This document shows positions 1 to 13,423 of a stretch of 64,000 nucleotides of DNA, piece after piece. The stretch is from Podarcis bocagei (Eukaryota), in assembly GCA_964188305.1 (NCBI GenBank), contig OZ076885.1; one strand, 5' to 3'. A program made the translations under genes and the position numbers. The notes under the pieces are model-generated. The model was not told the DNA's origin, made no database searches, and saw only the letters and a program-made list of their open reading frames with translations. Position 1 is the stretch's first letter; every line of letters begins with the position of its first letter.

Positions 1-28
1 CTCTGTGTCTACCACAAAGAAAAAAGGA

Positions 29-435
29 AGGGATGGAAAAATCTATCAATTTCAGTTTTCTCAGTTTCCCATTTCTCTAATCTTAAACTTTGTTCTCTAC
101 ATTTCTGCAACAATTTGCAATTTTTATTTTTTTTTAATCCTCATGAAAGTTCATCAGGACTTTAGTAGGAATTTATCCTAATGAGAACATTTATGCAAGC
201 AACATTCCCAATATAATGCATTTTAGTAGGTTGTTTTCGCAAATATATTCATTTTGATGCACAATTTCCTGTAACATGCATATTTGGAAACATGGTTAAG
301 TTGGAAAACTGCACTGCAGAATTTGGTCAAATACTGGAGGCTAGATGTGTTTCGGTTGGCATATTGTTTTGGAAAGTGTGGACTTGGTAGATTTGCCTTT
401 AAATACAAACTGCATCAATTTCCCTCCTCCCGCCT
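29..435. mobile_element. AT-rich non-autonomous DNA element (MITE), copy 1 of 3
   Basis: Starts agggatgg and ends in a degenerate complement. Shares internal blocks (agttctctacatt, tgcattttt, ctgca..aaaatt, tgtgttt..gtt..tttggaaagtgtg) with 30474-31120 and 42055-42454. Confidence 0.7.
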
Positions 436-1292
436 AACTGCTCTACACTTGGCAGGCTCAACTAGTGGGTTCCATCTAACCTAGAGGCTCATAAGTTGTG
501 TAGGCCTGAGTTACAACAGCTTCTTCTGGATTTTCAAATCACATTAGTGCATTATTTTGTTCCCACGTGTACATTTTTATTGCACCACAAAATCTTTCTC
601 TGAAAGCTTTCTTTGGCCTATTTTAGTTGTGCTACAGAGAGTCAAAAGCTTTGAAGACTGTCTCAAGTGAACCAAAAGAACAATGAACCAAATGAACAAC
701 ACTACACCCCGTCTAGTCACTGATCAGGCCTTAAAAGGGGGTAAGTAACACTGTGGATTTTAAAGAGCAAAAAAGACCAACAAGAAAAAATATATATTTA
801 ACAGTACATCCCCCAGGACAGCGTACTTGCTACAGAAGGCTGTCTGCTCTACTTTTCCTTTTATCAATATTGCCAAGAAAGTAAATTTGTCACTGTAGAG
901 CTGAAAATCTCTCCCAGATCTACTTTAATGTTTCACGCTACGTTTGCAAAACAAGAGTAATAAAAATAATGACACCATTATTACTCTTCCCTCTTTGTTT
1001 TCAGTTCATCACTTGCATATTTGAATAATGAATTATATTCACATTATCTCTACATTCTTGCTCTTGAGTTCCTCTGCTGGCTGAAAGTAAAGCTATTATC
1101 CACTTGTCAGCTCTGAAGAGCCATTCAACATAGCAAGCCAGTGATCCTGACATGCAGATATACTACTATGCAAAATTATCTAGAGTGCAATTTCAAGTCA
1201 TAGAAGAGAAAATTACCAGCCAATGTGTAAATGAATCTTGGCCAGTTGTGAAATATTAAAAACCTCATCTAGGCTGAAATTCAGGATGTTAA

Positions 1293-1311
1293 AGAGAGAG
1301 AGAGAGAGAGA
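1293..1311. repeat. (GA)n microsatellite
   Basis: Direct reading. Confidence 0.9.
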
Positions 1312-1947
1312 ACAGAATTAGTTGTGGATTATAAGGGGCTAATTAATATATTTGTATTTTGCTGACTGGCTTGTCCTGCTAGATCACTGCTTTATTCATT
1401 GCATCTAGTTCTACAAGGGGCGTGTGAACCTACCATGTTTTGTTACCACAGCCTTCTTGATATTTTGAATTTATTATTATTATTAATTAAATTGGTTAGC
1501 AACTTTATCTTGCCCAAGGCAACCCAAATGACTTTATTCATAAGATGAAATGCATTTTAACAGCTCCTTCCCTAACCAGCACCTTGCACACAGCTCTGGT
1601 TTTGTCACATGTGTCTCCACTTATCTGATATATTAATCCTTTTTGTTAAATGCATTGTCAAGATATACACACACCTCCTTTGTCAATTGACCCAAGGATG
1701 TTAAGGGACCCTAACACTTCCTATGGAGTTAGCTTATCATAACTAGTGGAAGACAGCAGGCTTTCAGTTTCAACATTTGAAAGAGCTGGCTTCTGTCACT
1801 TCTACTGAACCCAGAAATCAAAAGATATTCATAGGCCTAAGTCACCCTTAGGGAAAGACCATCCAATACTGTTGCATAACACCATATTAAAACTACTTTA
1901 CTACCTACTATTATGGTAAGAAATTGTTTAGTAAGACCTACAGAGTA

Positions 1948-2289
1948 CAGGTGGTGCTTGTGGGTTAAACCACAGAGCCTAGGGCTTGCCGATCAGAAGG
2001 TCAGAAGTTCGAATCCCCACAATGGGGTGAGCTCCCATTGCTCGTCCCTGCTCCTGCCAACCTAGCAGTTCAAAAGCACAAAAGTGCAAGTAGATAAATA
2101 GGTACTGCTCCAGTGGGAAGGTAAATGGCGTTTCTGTGCACTGCTCTGGTTCACCAGAAGTGGCTTAGTCATGCTGGCCACATGACCTGGAAGCTGTATG
2201 CTGGCTCCCTCGGCCAATAAAGTGAGATGAGCACTGCAACTCCAGAGTCAGCCATGACTGGACATAATGGTCAGGGGTCCCTTTACCTT
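1948..2289 (+). mobile_element. Sauria SINE (Squam1), near full length
   Basis: tRNA-like head with B box gttcgaatccc, diagnostic body (aagtgcaagtagataaataggtac; gtcatgctggccacatgacc) and (acctt)n tail. Flanked by a 9-bp TSD tacagagta at 1939-1947 and 2290-2298. Confidence 0.95.
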
Positions 2290-2400
2290 TACAGAGTAAT
2301 AGGTCTTCTTCACAACTCTACCCCAACTCTATTCTTGTTTACAAAGTCAAAGTTTTAAAAGCCAATTGGTTGCAAAAGAACTGAGAACCACCTATAGTCA

Positions 2401-2507
2401 TCCAGATGTGGCCGAGTCCTCCAGATGTGGCCGAGTTCCAGTTTCTGCCAGTTCCAACCAACATGGCCAATGGTCAGGGATGAGGGCCACAGGTTATCCA
2501 ACCTCTG
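2401..2507. mobile_element. ~130-bp palindromic hAT-type MITE, degraded copy
   Basis: tccagatgt...catggccaatggtcagggatga..gggccacaggtt matches the family best seen at 28219-28353. Contains a 19-bp tandem duplication (2401-2438). Confidence 0.65.
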
Positions 2508-3412
2508 CTATAGGGCTTCCTGTGTTTTCCTTGTAATGGGATTCTAATTTATTTCAGTGCCTCTAGAGTACAAGGCACCTCTGTACATAGCTATTAGCAG
2601 ATCATTAGGAAGTCAACACTCTTTGGCAGCAGTCCCAATGTCTAGTAAGCTTCACTTACTAGAAAGGAAGCCCCATTGAACACTCTTACTTCTTACTTCT
2701 GAGCTAACTCTCATAGGATTGCACAGCTTATGCACTGGCTATGGAAAATGTTGGGTTTTTTTAAAAAGTAAAGATGTATTCCTATTAACCTGTTGATATA
2801 TGAAGCAGGCGAGTTGAGCAGGCTTCTGATTCATTCTTAGTCTGTGAATTGGATTTAGATAATAGATAGACCTAATGCAGCACTTTTCTGATGATAATAT
2901 GTTCAATGTATTTTCAGTATGCCTCCTGACATCAGAACCACTACAGCCTACTTGAACAGGGCTGAGGCAGGACAGAGTTGGGGGCGGGGTGTTGGTGTGC
3001 ATGTGGACATGACAGCAGGAGTGCTAGAATGGCTTTACCAGTATATCTGTGCACCCTAAACCTTGCCACCAACCATGTCCAGTTAAGCTGCTGCTGTGAC
3101 GCTGATGTCAGGAGGGTAGCATTCCCCCCCCCCCCGGCTACTAGTGTGCATTTTTGTAATTAGGTATCATGTTTGCTAATCAATGCATTTCTAGTTTAAA
3201 AGTATGTATTTCTACTTTTTTTTGGGGGGGGGTCTATATTTTGCTGGTTTGTTTTACTTGTTTCTGTTAGGATCTCTGAAGACACTTCTTTGGATCCCCT
3301 GGCACAGACTTCTTTTTGTTTTAAACAGATCTCTGCAGCCATTTATGTCAGCACAAACCTCCTTCCTGGTATAGGATAGTACCAAGGAATAACATTTAAA
3401 CTGATCAACAAA

Positions 3413-3800
3413 ACATAGGAATGTAGATTTGGAAGGGGTCCAGAGACTCATCTAGTCCAGCCCCCTGCAATGCAGGAATCTCAGCTAAAGCATCCATGGC
3501 AGATAGTCATCAAATGTCTGCTTAAAAACCTCCAATGAAGGAGAGTTCACAATCTCCTGAGGGAGTCCATTCCACTGTCAAACAGCTCTTCCTCTCAGAA
3601 AGTTCTTCTTGATGTTTGGTTGCAAGTAACTTGAATCCATTGGATCAAGTCCTATGCCCTGGAGCAGGAGAAAACAAGCGTACTCCATCTTCCACGTGAC
3701 AGCCCTTCGTATATTTGAAGATGGCAACGATATTGCCTCTCGTTCTCTTTTCTAGGGTAAACGTACCCAACTCCCTCAACCATTTCTCATAAGGCATGGC
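3413..3800 (-). mobile_element. CR1 LINE 3' fragment (ORF2 C-terminus plus 3' UTR)
   Basis: ORF 3645-3863 contains PYEKWLRELGTFTLEKRTRGNIVAIFKYTKGCH, the typical CR1 ORF2 motif (YEERLxELGLFSLEKRRLRGD). 3' end reads ggactagatga..ccccttccaa..ctatg on the minus strand. Confidence 0.9.
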
Positions 3801-6369
3801 GATTGGTGAATTTCTGCCATCGATCTTGCACAGGATGTTGCTGTGTGGCAGAATCAATGTCATTGGAATCAGGAGGATGGAAACAGATCTAACACCTCTT
3901 GTTCACAACAAAAGCACACACTGCTTTTGGCCCCCAAATCAGGGTTTCCCTAATTAGGGTCTCCAGCCATAGGAGCCAACTCTTAGGGGCCGAGGGGTCT
4001 CTGCCCCCCCAAAAGTGTTGAGGGGGCTGCCCCCCAATTGATGGGGGTTGTTGATGGGGTAAATGAGAAGCTAGCTGCCAATTCCTATCACCACTGCCAC
4101 TACCACTGGCAAGTAATCCTTGATTGGTTCACAGGCAGACACTACTACCTGTCTGCTTATTCTGCACAGGAAAGTTCCTGGTTCATGTGAGATGAAGTGT
4201 ATGTGCCTCAGCTGACCAGGAGCAGATGTGTGAGTTGCCTCTTTGAGTGTGGCTTGCTGAGGGATCTCCAGACCCCTGTGGGAAAGGAAGGACCAAGTGG
4301 TGGAAGGGGAGCCACCTCCTTCCCTCTTCCCCATTGCCTCAGATAGTACAAAGTCCCCACTCATTGCTTCATGTATTGGGTTAGGATGCTCTGATTTCAT
4401 GGCTTCACAATGCACTATGTGCTTTGATTGGCTGCGCTAACTGTGCTGTCCAGTCAATCAAAGCCCTCACTTCATTGTGAAGTCATGAAGTCTTCATGGT
4501 CTGGGAATGGCAACTGCAATTGTTCTGTCATCTTGTTTTTAAAAACAAACCAACAAGCCCATAATGTAACACTGGAGCGGCATCAGAGAAAACTGGAATC
4601 TTGAAGGCAGAGAGTCAAAAGTGTGCCTCTGAGATGGGATAGCGTTTCTATAGCACAACAAAGTTTTGAGTGTCTGATCCCTGTCCATTCCTTATGGTCC
4701 ATGTGTCCTTTTGATAGGATGCAGTGAAAACAAAACAAAACAGTGCTTCTAGAGACAGAGAAAGACAGTCAGAAGGAGTGCTTGTGTGCTTCTACTTCAC
4801 CAAACAGTCTACTTTTCAGTTGTTAGAGGTTGATGCATTTGCTGCTGCATGTGCAGCAGGTTTCCCCCCCTGAACAGAATAATTTTGCAAGAGGTGGGTG
4901 GGTGCTTAGACATCACCTCTTTCCCCCAAAGTAGGAGAAAATAACTGGAGCCACTCTGTTTTCTTCATGGCACCAATACTTTCCATGGGATAAAAACTGC
5001 TTCTAAGGCATTTCTCTTTCCTACCATGCTGAAATGACAAAAGAGCTGCAGAGAAGCCCCTTAGAAAATAAATCTTTGTAGTTTTCTTGCATGCATGCCA
5101 GTGTTTCTTTCATGGAGCAATTAAATTCTTTACCCAAGGAGATCGGTGGGTAGCTGGGCATGTAAGAACATAGCCACGCACATACACATGTGTGAGCCAA
5201 ATATCTGATAATGCATAAATGTGTATAAATAAACAATAGTCCATCACTCTGCTGCAGATTCCTGGAATGCGTTCCATTTTTTAATTCCAGTTTTAAGGGC
5301 TTTGTGTCCTTGAGGATGCTGCTTCAGACAATAGGGTCCAAGGAGAGAAAGTGATGGCCGGCACAGTAACCACATCTAAACATGCACACACATGTATATA
5401 TTTCCACATCTATCTCAATGTTCTGAGCCACAAATTATTGCAACAAATTAGAAGACAGTCCACACTGAATCGGTGCTATTTGAATTGAATTAGTGTCAGC
5501 CCTGCTACACTCCACTCCCATTAACCTACAAAATTTATGAAGGAACACCGAGAATTAATCTGCAAATATATACTAATTCACACTGACCTTTTTCCAAGCT
5601 GAAGCCCTTTTAGCACTCGCGGTAGGTTTAACATTGCCCTACTGAGTGTTATTACAATGCGCTCAATGGTTGTCCGTAATTACATAATGCAAATGACATT
5701 TGCTTTTTTTGTTTGAGCATATTCCCTCAGATGTTTCCTCCTTTTTATCACACTCCTCGCACATCTGTGTCCCTAAAATGGCAGCGCAAACTCCTCCTCT
5801 TTCAGTCCCCAAGTTTCCCTTTCTCTCTTTGCTGTCTGTCACAGAGAAGCAGAGAGCACTTTAGAATTAGCACGGCTATGACATATCCTTCTGACACAGG
5901 TTATGTTGCCAGCTGGTAGGAACAGGTGTACACTGATTCTTACCATCAAATGGCAACACAGATTTGGCACTCCCCCAACGCACAGGCATGAAAAACCTGT
6001 TCTCTTCACAATTTTTTTTTTTTGGGGGGGGGAGATGAGATTGATGGACTTTTCTTTGACAAAACGTCAAGTGACTGTTCAGTCCCCTTTCCTTTGTCAC
6101 ATTGTTTAGGATTTTTCACCAGGACTTCCTGTGCGCCAGGCAAATGATTCATTCCTTTGTCCATGTTCTTGATCAGATTAAACCTTTGGCAGTAACTGCA
6201 TTAAAGCTGCTGCTTCACAATCCAGTGTTGGAAGGGCTGCATTGATTCCTCAGAAGCCAGCCTGCGCTGCATGCTAAAGAAACTCAGAGGAATGTTTTGC
6301 TTCAAAGGGTAAACATGAATCACAAAAGCATGGCACTGGGATCATTTTCCAACTTCTGCAGAAAATCAG

Positions 6370-6373
<4 letters not shown>

Positions 6374-6414
<41 letters not shown>
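6374..6414. repeat. (GA)n microsatellite
   Basis: Direct reading. Confidence 0.95.
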
Positions 6415-6417
<3 letters not shown>

Positions 6418-6471
6418 TGGTTGTTGTGTTTTAGTGATATAATAAATTCTCCAGGAGGATTAGGGAGTTAA

Positions 6472-6554
6472 GCTGCAATCCTATACATGCTTATCTGGGA
6501 GTAAGTCCCATTGAACACAGTAGGATGTACTTCAGAGTAGATGTGCCTATGATT
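6472..6554. mobile_element. ~85-bp palindromic mini-MITE (gctgcaatcctat..agtaagtcccattgaa..acttctgagta..ataggattgca family)
   Basis: Best-preserved copy. Further degenerate copies near 2630-2725, 10856-10941, 10972-11042, 12265-12335, 12571-12650, 23095-23170, 27309-27603 (split by a SINE) and 49398-49470. Confidence 0.7.
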
Positions 6555-6698
6555 CATGTGAGATGCTCACGCATTACACTCAACAAGTATAACAATCTGT
6601 GCGCCTGTGTACACATAAATAAGTGCAAACTCTTTTGTACAAACATTTGTACACATGGAGAGGTGGTTTGCACCTGTGTTCAGCGTCACATGTGAACA
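6552..6698. mobile_element. degraded MITE with imperfect terminal inverted repeats
   Basis: ttcatgtgagatgct ... agcgtcacatgtgaa; interior rich in tgtaca palindromes. Confidence 0.45.
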
Positions 6699-7587
6699 TG
6701 CCTACTGTCAGTGTACTATCAAGATCTTAGACTGATGGAGGAGAGGAAGGGAAACTCCCATCTGTATTATGTAGGGAACTGATTGTGCAGAAGGTTGTTA
6801 AGTCTTTTCTGCACAATCATTAAATAAAGTGTCGATGCCCTCTCTTGTGTTATTCACAATGCTGTATTTGGCCCAACCTGCCGCTCTGTCCTCTTCTCCC
6901 AACAACTGCATGTTGCATAAAATTGTTTGCAAAGGAGCTTCAATGCATAAGCAGTTGCACACGTGTGAAGCTTCTGCAGGATCTGGCACTCTGTCGCACA
7001 GGTGTTCTGACTTCATGGAGTCCCTACATAGCAGCATACTCTCACAGGTTGGTGTCTTTGTAGAGAATCATGTACTGCACATAGGTGCTGAAGGAAGGAA
7101 GTGCTACGGGGTCCCACTCCCAGTTAAACATAGCATTACCCTTCGCACAAGTAACATGGGAGTGCATGTTATGATTATATACAAACCTATTCAGCAAGTG
7201 CAGCAAGCAATTTTAAAGACTGTATTATGGCACCAATGGCTCCAAGTATTTCCTTTGGGGAAGCCCTTCAACGTTCTGATCAAAGTCCAGTCAAGCACAG
7301 ATGGCTATCTTTTTTCAGACTATGGTATACACATCATATATCCACATGCCTATATAAACCTATGTGTGATATTATTATTTATGCATCCAATATTTCAATC
7401 ATTAGTGAGCTTCTACCAAGGCTGTTTTATGCTCTTGTCTCACAAGCATATCCACAATAACCTAAGGATTGCAATCAATGAGTTTCTTTCATGCTCTTGT
7501 TGCATTGTTATGTATGCTGCTTTTCATTGCATGTATTTTTACCTATTTTTCCAAAATAAAATGCCACTGAGGTTGGATGAGGTAATA

Positions 7588-8015
7588 GGGCCCTGCTAGT
7601 CCAGAGCAAGAAGGCATCTAAGTCCACCATCCTGTTTCTTCCAGTAGTGACCAGCCTCCCTAGTGTCTAGGGGGTACACAAATGAGATATGAAAGCAATC
7701 CCAGTTGTTTGTCTTTAGCAGTTGGTATTCAGAGACACACTGCTTCTGAACATGCATTTTAGCTCCCATTGTTAATAGTTGTTAATATTCTTCTCATCCA
7801 TTGATTTTTCTGGTCCAGCCTTCCCCAATCTGATGCTCCCTAAATATTGTTGGACTTCAGCTTCCAGCAACCCCACCCAATGGGAAGGGATGATGCAAGC
7901 TGCAATTCCAACAATGCTTGGAGGGCATTGGGTTGGGGAAGGCTTCTCGAGTCCCTCTTTTAAAGCCAACTAACTCAACAACCTTTAAGTACACCTTGTA
8001 ACATTAAATACCATA
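7588..8015 (-). mobile_element. CR1 3' fragment interrupted by a palindromic MITE
   Basis: Colinear with the CR1 end at 33487-33848 (catctaagtccaccatcctg; ggtattcagag; cctcttttaaagcca). Confidence 0.7.
7816..7945. mobile_element. ~130-bp palindromic hAT-type MITE
   Basis: TIR cagccttccccaa / ttggggaaggct, nested in the CR1 fragment. Confidence 0.75.
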
Positions 8016-8107
8016 AAATGCCTGACATGTTCTGGCTCATTCATCACTCTCAATGCCCTATTTGAGTGATCAAGGTACACAGGGCAAAGTCAATAAATAG
8101 TTGCACC

Positions 8108-8377
8108 AGGGCTCTTGTCCAAGACATATTGCTGCCTGTGATGCTCCACCACATTGCAAGATAACCTAACTGCCAGTTGAGTCTTACTTCAGCACTGTTG
8201 ATAGAACAGCTTCTTTCACTGCGTCTGAGGGCAACAGTCTAGCTTATGTGAGCACACAGGGCAGCCTGAGTGGCACTCACAATCCTATCCTTCAATAACC
8301 TTCAGCCACTCCCTGCTTCCCATCATCTACTATCTGAGGCTGCTGCCTCACTCTGCCTAATGGTAGTGCTGGCCTTG
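8108..8377. mobile_element. non-autonomous DNA element (cagggc..gccttg ends)
   Basis: End tgaggctgctgcctcactctgcctaatggtagtgctggcc is the reverse complement of gagctggccctaccattagacagagtgaggcag at ~23626; a related end lies at ~54533. Confidence 0.55.
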
Positions 8378-8589
8378 CTCCTACCCCATTTTTACAAGCA
8401 ACTGACAAGGCCCTGGCATACAAGGGATTATGCCACAATTCATGTGCTTTTATTAGTGCCTTTATTATTCAAGAGACTACAGGGGTTACAATACGTTTTT
8501 AAAAAAGGAATACCCTTCAGGCTTCCTGACTGCTTCATTTTCTCCACCCTGTGACCTGAAGCAGCATTTCCTGTTCTTTGGTGCACAAG

Positions 8590-8800
8590 TCTCATGGGGG
8601 ATAAATTTATCAGTGGTTACTAGTCATGATGGCTCTGCGGAACCTCAGCAGTATGCCTACTGAACATCAGTTGCTAGAGAGCAGCAACCAAAGAAGGCTG
8701 TTGCGATCATACTTCCCAGAGGCATATGGTTGGCCACTGTGGTAAACAATGTTGGATGAGATTGACCATAGGTTTAATCCAGCACAGCTCCTGAATGAGG
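8590..8800 (+). mobile_element. CR1 3' UTR fragment
   Basis: Colinear with 34600-34862 and antiparallel to 33487-33760 (gttggccactgtg; ggtttaatccagcacagctc). Confidence 0.65.
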
Positions 8801-9576
8801 TTCTTGCTAGAGTGCTTCCTATTGAATAGGTGAGTCCTAGCAGAGCCTGGGTGATGGATGCTTTGTTCAGCAGAATGGTTGGAGCAACCCAGTTCAGCCA
8901 CTCCCTGGTTGGATAAGCAGGGTATAAGTAATAAATTTGTTGTTGTTCTTGTTGTTGCTTTGATCTTGTGGGAAGCCCTAAGTCTCCTTACCTTTTGCAA
9001 CAGACTCCATGGCTAAAGTTTTTAGACAGGTACAAAGAGGAGAGCATGGTTTGGCTAAAACTGAAACATGTAGCTTTTGGAACCACTCCTGTATCACCAC
9101 CATTGTTTGAGCACTGTAGAGCAAGGAATGAAGCAGTGCTGAAACCTAAACTGAATTAATCATCCAGATGATTTACACTGGGAAGTTACCTGCTTGAAAT
9201 CTCATCAATGACATCAGTGACCAGTGGAGGTAGGAGGGGAGATGGGTCATAAAAGGAAATTGCCACAGTCACCCTTACCTTGCACACCAGCACATCTCCC
9301 TTTAGTTCCCCACCTCTTTCCCATCATCTCAATAAATATATCTGTATTTTAAAAGGAAGGTTCCATAGGCAATTCACGCAGCTGCTGTTCTCTCAGTAAA
9401 ATGACTAAGGTGATTCTCTGAAAATATAATTGGCTTCTCACTTCTGTGTATCGTTGTGCTATTCCATCACCTTTCCCTAACCCAACACCCTCCAGATGTT
9501 TTAGACTACAACTCCCATCAGCCCAAAGCAGCAGCACTCACATTGGATGCAAGTTTTGTGCAGTGCTTTGAAAACT

Positions 9577-9718
9577 GGAATAGGATTAGGACCTTTGGAG
9601 ACCTGGGCTCACTGGGTGACCTTAGGCCAGTCACTGTCTCCCATCGTAACCGACCTCATAGGGTTGTTGTGAGAATAAAACAGGGAGGATGAGAACCTTG
9701 CCCACCATCTTGAGCTCC
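9577..9718 (+). mobile_element. CORE-SINE (MIR/Ther1 or Squam3-like) fragment
   Basis: gggtgaccttaggccagtcact...acctcatagggttgttgtgagaataaa is the MIR/CORE signature. Confidence 0.7.
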
Positions 9719-10218
9719 ATAAATTCATGAATGATTAAATCAGTGGATGAATTAAAACAATATTTAGTTTAACAGATCTGCTGCTAATCTAAAAGGAATG
9801 CTATTTTATTGCTTTTGTGTAGAATAATGATAATTTTAAAAGATGCAAGGGAGAGGCAGAGATCCCCCAAAATGTTGATTTTAATCAGTTGCTCTCTTGC
9901 CATTTCAATTCATGGTACAGCTCAGATGAAAATTTTGTACTATATTCCTTTAGCAGAAAGAAGTTGCTTCAATATTATATCACATTGGTGATTTATTTTG
10001 TTTTAGTATGAGATACTAACATAAAGGGGTATATGTTTACATAAAAGTGCAACACTGAACGAGGTTACAATAGACAAGCATTTGCATAGAAATGCATATA
10101 AGCTTTGTAGCTGTGCTACAAAAACATTTCATCTCTCCTCCTCCAAATAGTTAATTAGGATGCAAATACTGATTATTTTAAGCTTTACAAAGGAGTTCAT
10201 TACATAATAGAGTGGCTG

Positions 10219-10406
10219 NNNNNNNNNNNNNNNNNNNNNNNNNNNNNNNNNNNNNNNNNNNNNNNNNNNNNNNNNNNNNNNNNNNNNNNNNNNNNNNNNN
10301 NNNNNNNNNNNNNNNNNNNNNNNNNNNNNNNNNNNNNNNNNNNNNNNNNNNNNNNNNNNNNNNNNNNNNNNNNNNNNNNNNNNNNNNNNNNNNNNNNNNN
10401 NNNNNN
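10219..10406. other. assembly gap (188 N)
   Basis: Run of N. Confidence 1.
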
Positions 10407-13172
10407 TTTGCCACTGTTCTCAACCAATTATTTTAAATGTCGAATTCTTGATTACTGCTAATATGCAGACTTAAGAAATGTTTAAAAATGATCTATGGAA
10501 ATTATTAAACAAACAATAGGCTTCTTTTTAAAAGCATCTTCAATATGAGCAAATTATCACCATAATTTCAAAAGTCATATGGATTTCTAAATTGCTCCCA
10601 ATTTCAAATATGATACATTTATATAAGGCTAACACTTTTTAAATAATACAGTCACAGAGTTAGTTATTCATCCTTTAAGGTTCCATTGGGGTTCTCATCT
10701 TAACTCGAGACATTTTTTAAAGTGCTGCTAAAGAACTGGTTTTAGCTTGGAACGTATCAGGTGTGGCTGCTATTAATAGAAGAGCTCATTTCAAGCTGGC
10801 TGTACATTCTAGCAAATAAAGGTTTTGCATGCATTTTTCAGATACAGGATTGGAGATGCAGTCCTATGTCCATTTACCAGGGCATGCATTCTACTGAAAC
10901 CAGTGGTATATGCTTCTGAGTAGACTTGTATAGGGTGCACTGTGAATCATTACATGTAAAAGCAGCTTAACAGTGAATTTCTATGCTAAAGTAAGTCCCA
11001 CGGGTTCAAATAAGGCTTACTCCCAGGTAAATGAGTATAGGAGAATAGGATAAGTGAGCCTAAATGCACATCTACCAAGAGGATGTTCGGTTTGATGAAT
11101 GGTATGATGAAGCCACAGAACTAGAGCCATTGTTCAGTCTAGGCAAAAATGGATCAGCTGATGAAAAATGTCTAACCATGACTCCTCTTTGAAATAAAGA
11201 GGCTGATAGCAGTGAACTTTGCCAGGGACAAAGGAGAGGAACAGAGAGATGTGGACCCACCACACTGCTTGCTGAGCTCACTCTCTCCCCCATGTACACG
11301 CCACCAAGAAAGGGGTTGAAAGAGGTTGCAAATCTGCTTTAAAATCACCTATGCTGGTTTAAATGCATTGATGTGAATGCAGAAACTGACTTAAGCATAT
11401 ACAATCTGTGTCACCATAGGATGTGACCAGGTGACCTGTGTGGCTGCTGTCCAAGGTGCTGTTCACAGTTAATGGGCACCTTCAAGACCCACCTGCTATA
11501 CCTTCTTTTGGTTTTTTATCTTTAAACCAAACTAGTATTGGGCAACCCTGCAACTAGAGGGCTGCCCTCTGACAGCCCTTGAAAGAATGGCTACCCTATT
11601 CTCCCACCTAACATTTTTGGCAGCACCAAATCATCTCGTGCTGTGAGCCATAAGGGAGCCAACAGCTGAGCTAAGTCCAGAATCCATTTCCCATCTTTCC
11701 CTTTCCTGATTGGTCACATCAGAAAGGACATGAATGCTACAGGATATGCATGGTGAATGGCAACTGTTCATGTGCTCCGGGTGTGGTTGTGTGTGCAAAC
11801 AGATGGCGACAGGGGGGCGAAGTTCCTGGAAGCTGCCATGTGCATTCCTCTGCCTCTCTTAGAAGGCCACTTCAGATATGAGGTGGAGGTGGCAAAGTGT
11901 CCCCTTGTAGAAATCCTTTGATAGCAGCAGGATCCCCTGGTAAGCTTATAGGTAGTAGTAGGCAGCAGGAACAATGCCATTATCTGCAACAGGGAGCTAT
12001 ACTCCACAGTTCAATTTAATTATCCACAATGCCCTGGTCTAGTATCTCTCAGAGACATTGCAGGGCATTAGAAATGTCAAGTAGCCGTTAGTGATGGTGG
12101 TGGTAGACAAGGCTGAATGTGGAGTTGGAGTTGGCCCAGGCTCTCCAGGGTGCTGCAGCTCCAGTGGCACCTTAAGGATGCAAGCAGTAGGAGTCAAAGT
12201 GGTGAGGCAATGCCACAGATACACCCTCCCAACACTGGCATCACTGCAGCTTACTTGGACAGTGCACACTTAGCCAGCATTGTCCCATTGAACTCAGTGG
12301 GGCTTATTTCTAAGTCAATGGATATAGGATTGCATTGTAAATGTCTTTCTTGCCAGGAGTAATACAGTCTTTACTCAGTCCTTCTCTTAAATATAAGCGA
12401 TGCAGTCAAGTTGTCAACAAAACAGGCCATTGCATGGAAACTGCTGAGTGGAGTCAAGATTGAAAATAACAGGTTGTCTGTCAAACTGACAAAGCTAGTA
12501 CAGATATTGTCTGTCTTGGCATGGACCAGCCCATTATATCATAAAAACAAAACAAATCACAACACCGAGGCTGTAGCTCTATGCAGGCTTATTTGAGAGT
12601 CAGCCCCATTGAGAACAGTGGGATTTAACATCTGAAAAAAGGCATAGGGTTATATATATATTATTCATTTGTTGCATTTATATCCCACATCTACTATTTC
12701 TTTCTCTCACCTAACCTATAGTCTAAATTTCTCCGTCTCTATTCCTTTTTGGGTTTTGTTACAGCATTTCCAATTCCTACAAAGTCCTTTATGATTGGGT
12801 GTGTGTTCCAGCTTGATGTCAGCCCTGTAAACTAGGTTGCAACCATTCCCATTTTATAGATGGGAAACAGAGCAATAATTACTCTATTACAACATGTCTG
12901 TGGCAGAGGAGGAGCCCAGTCTCTCAGACAAAGACTGCAAAGGGTTATAAATGACTTGATCAGGATGATGACCTTGCATAACATCACAAAGCTCTTCAGT
13001 CCTTCCCACCAACAGAAGGTTAAGTAATACACAATTAAGTTCCACATGCTCAGAATCTCTCAATGCAAAGCCCACACAACTAGTAATAAACTTTGGATAA
13101 CTTCATGCTAGTAGTATTGTCTCCATTTGTTACAACAATGTCTAATTTGGTTTGTGAAGCATAAGGATTATA

Positions 13173-13423
13173 GAAGAAGAAGAAGAAGAGTTTGGATTTG
13201 ATATCCCGCCTTTCACTCCCCTTCAGGAGTCTCAAAGCGGCTAACATTCTCCTTTCCCTTCCTCCCCCACAACAAACACTCTGTGAGGTGAGTGGGGCTG
13301 AGAGACTTCACAGAAGTGTGACTGGCCCATGGTCACCCAGCAGCTGCATGTGGAGGAGCGGAGACACGAACCCGGTTTCCCAGATTACGTGACTACCGCT
13401 CTTAACCACTACACCACACTGGC
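13173..13423 (-). mobile_element. Squam3-type (Ther1/MIR-derived) tRNA SINE, full length, (CTT)n tail
   Basis: Minus strand starts gccagtgtggtgtagtggttaagagc (A box), then ggttcgtgtct (B box), CORE gggctgagaga/ctcacctcacagagtgtttgttgtgg and a (ctt)n tail. ttata is duplicated at 13168-13172 and 13424-13428. Confidence 0.9.

Noticed and set aside
6829-7599. Longest ORF (256 aa)
   Set aside because: GTG start, no recognisable domain, composition typical of translated non-coding DNA, and it ends in a CR1 remnant.
10178-10436. ORFs spanning N runs (also 22238-22556)
   Set aside because: Artefacts of assembly gaps.
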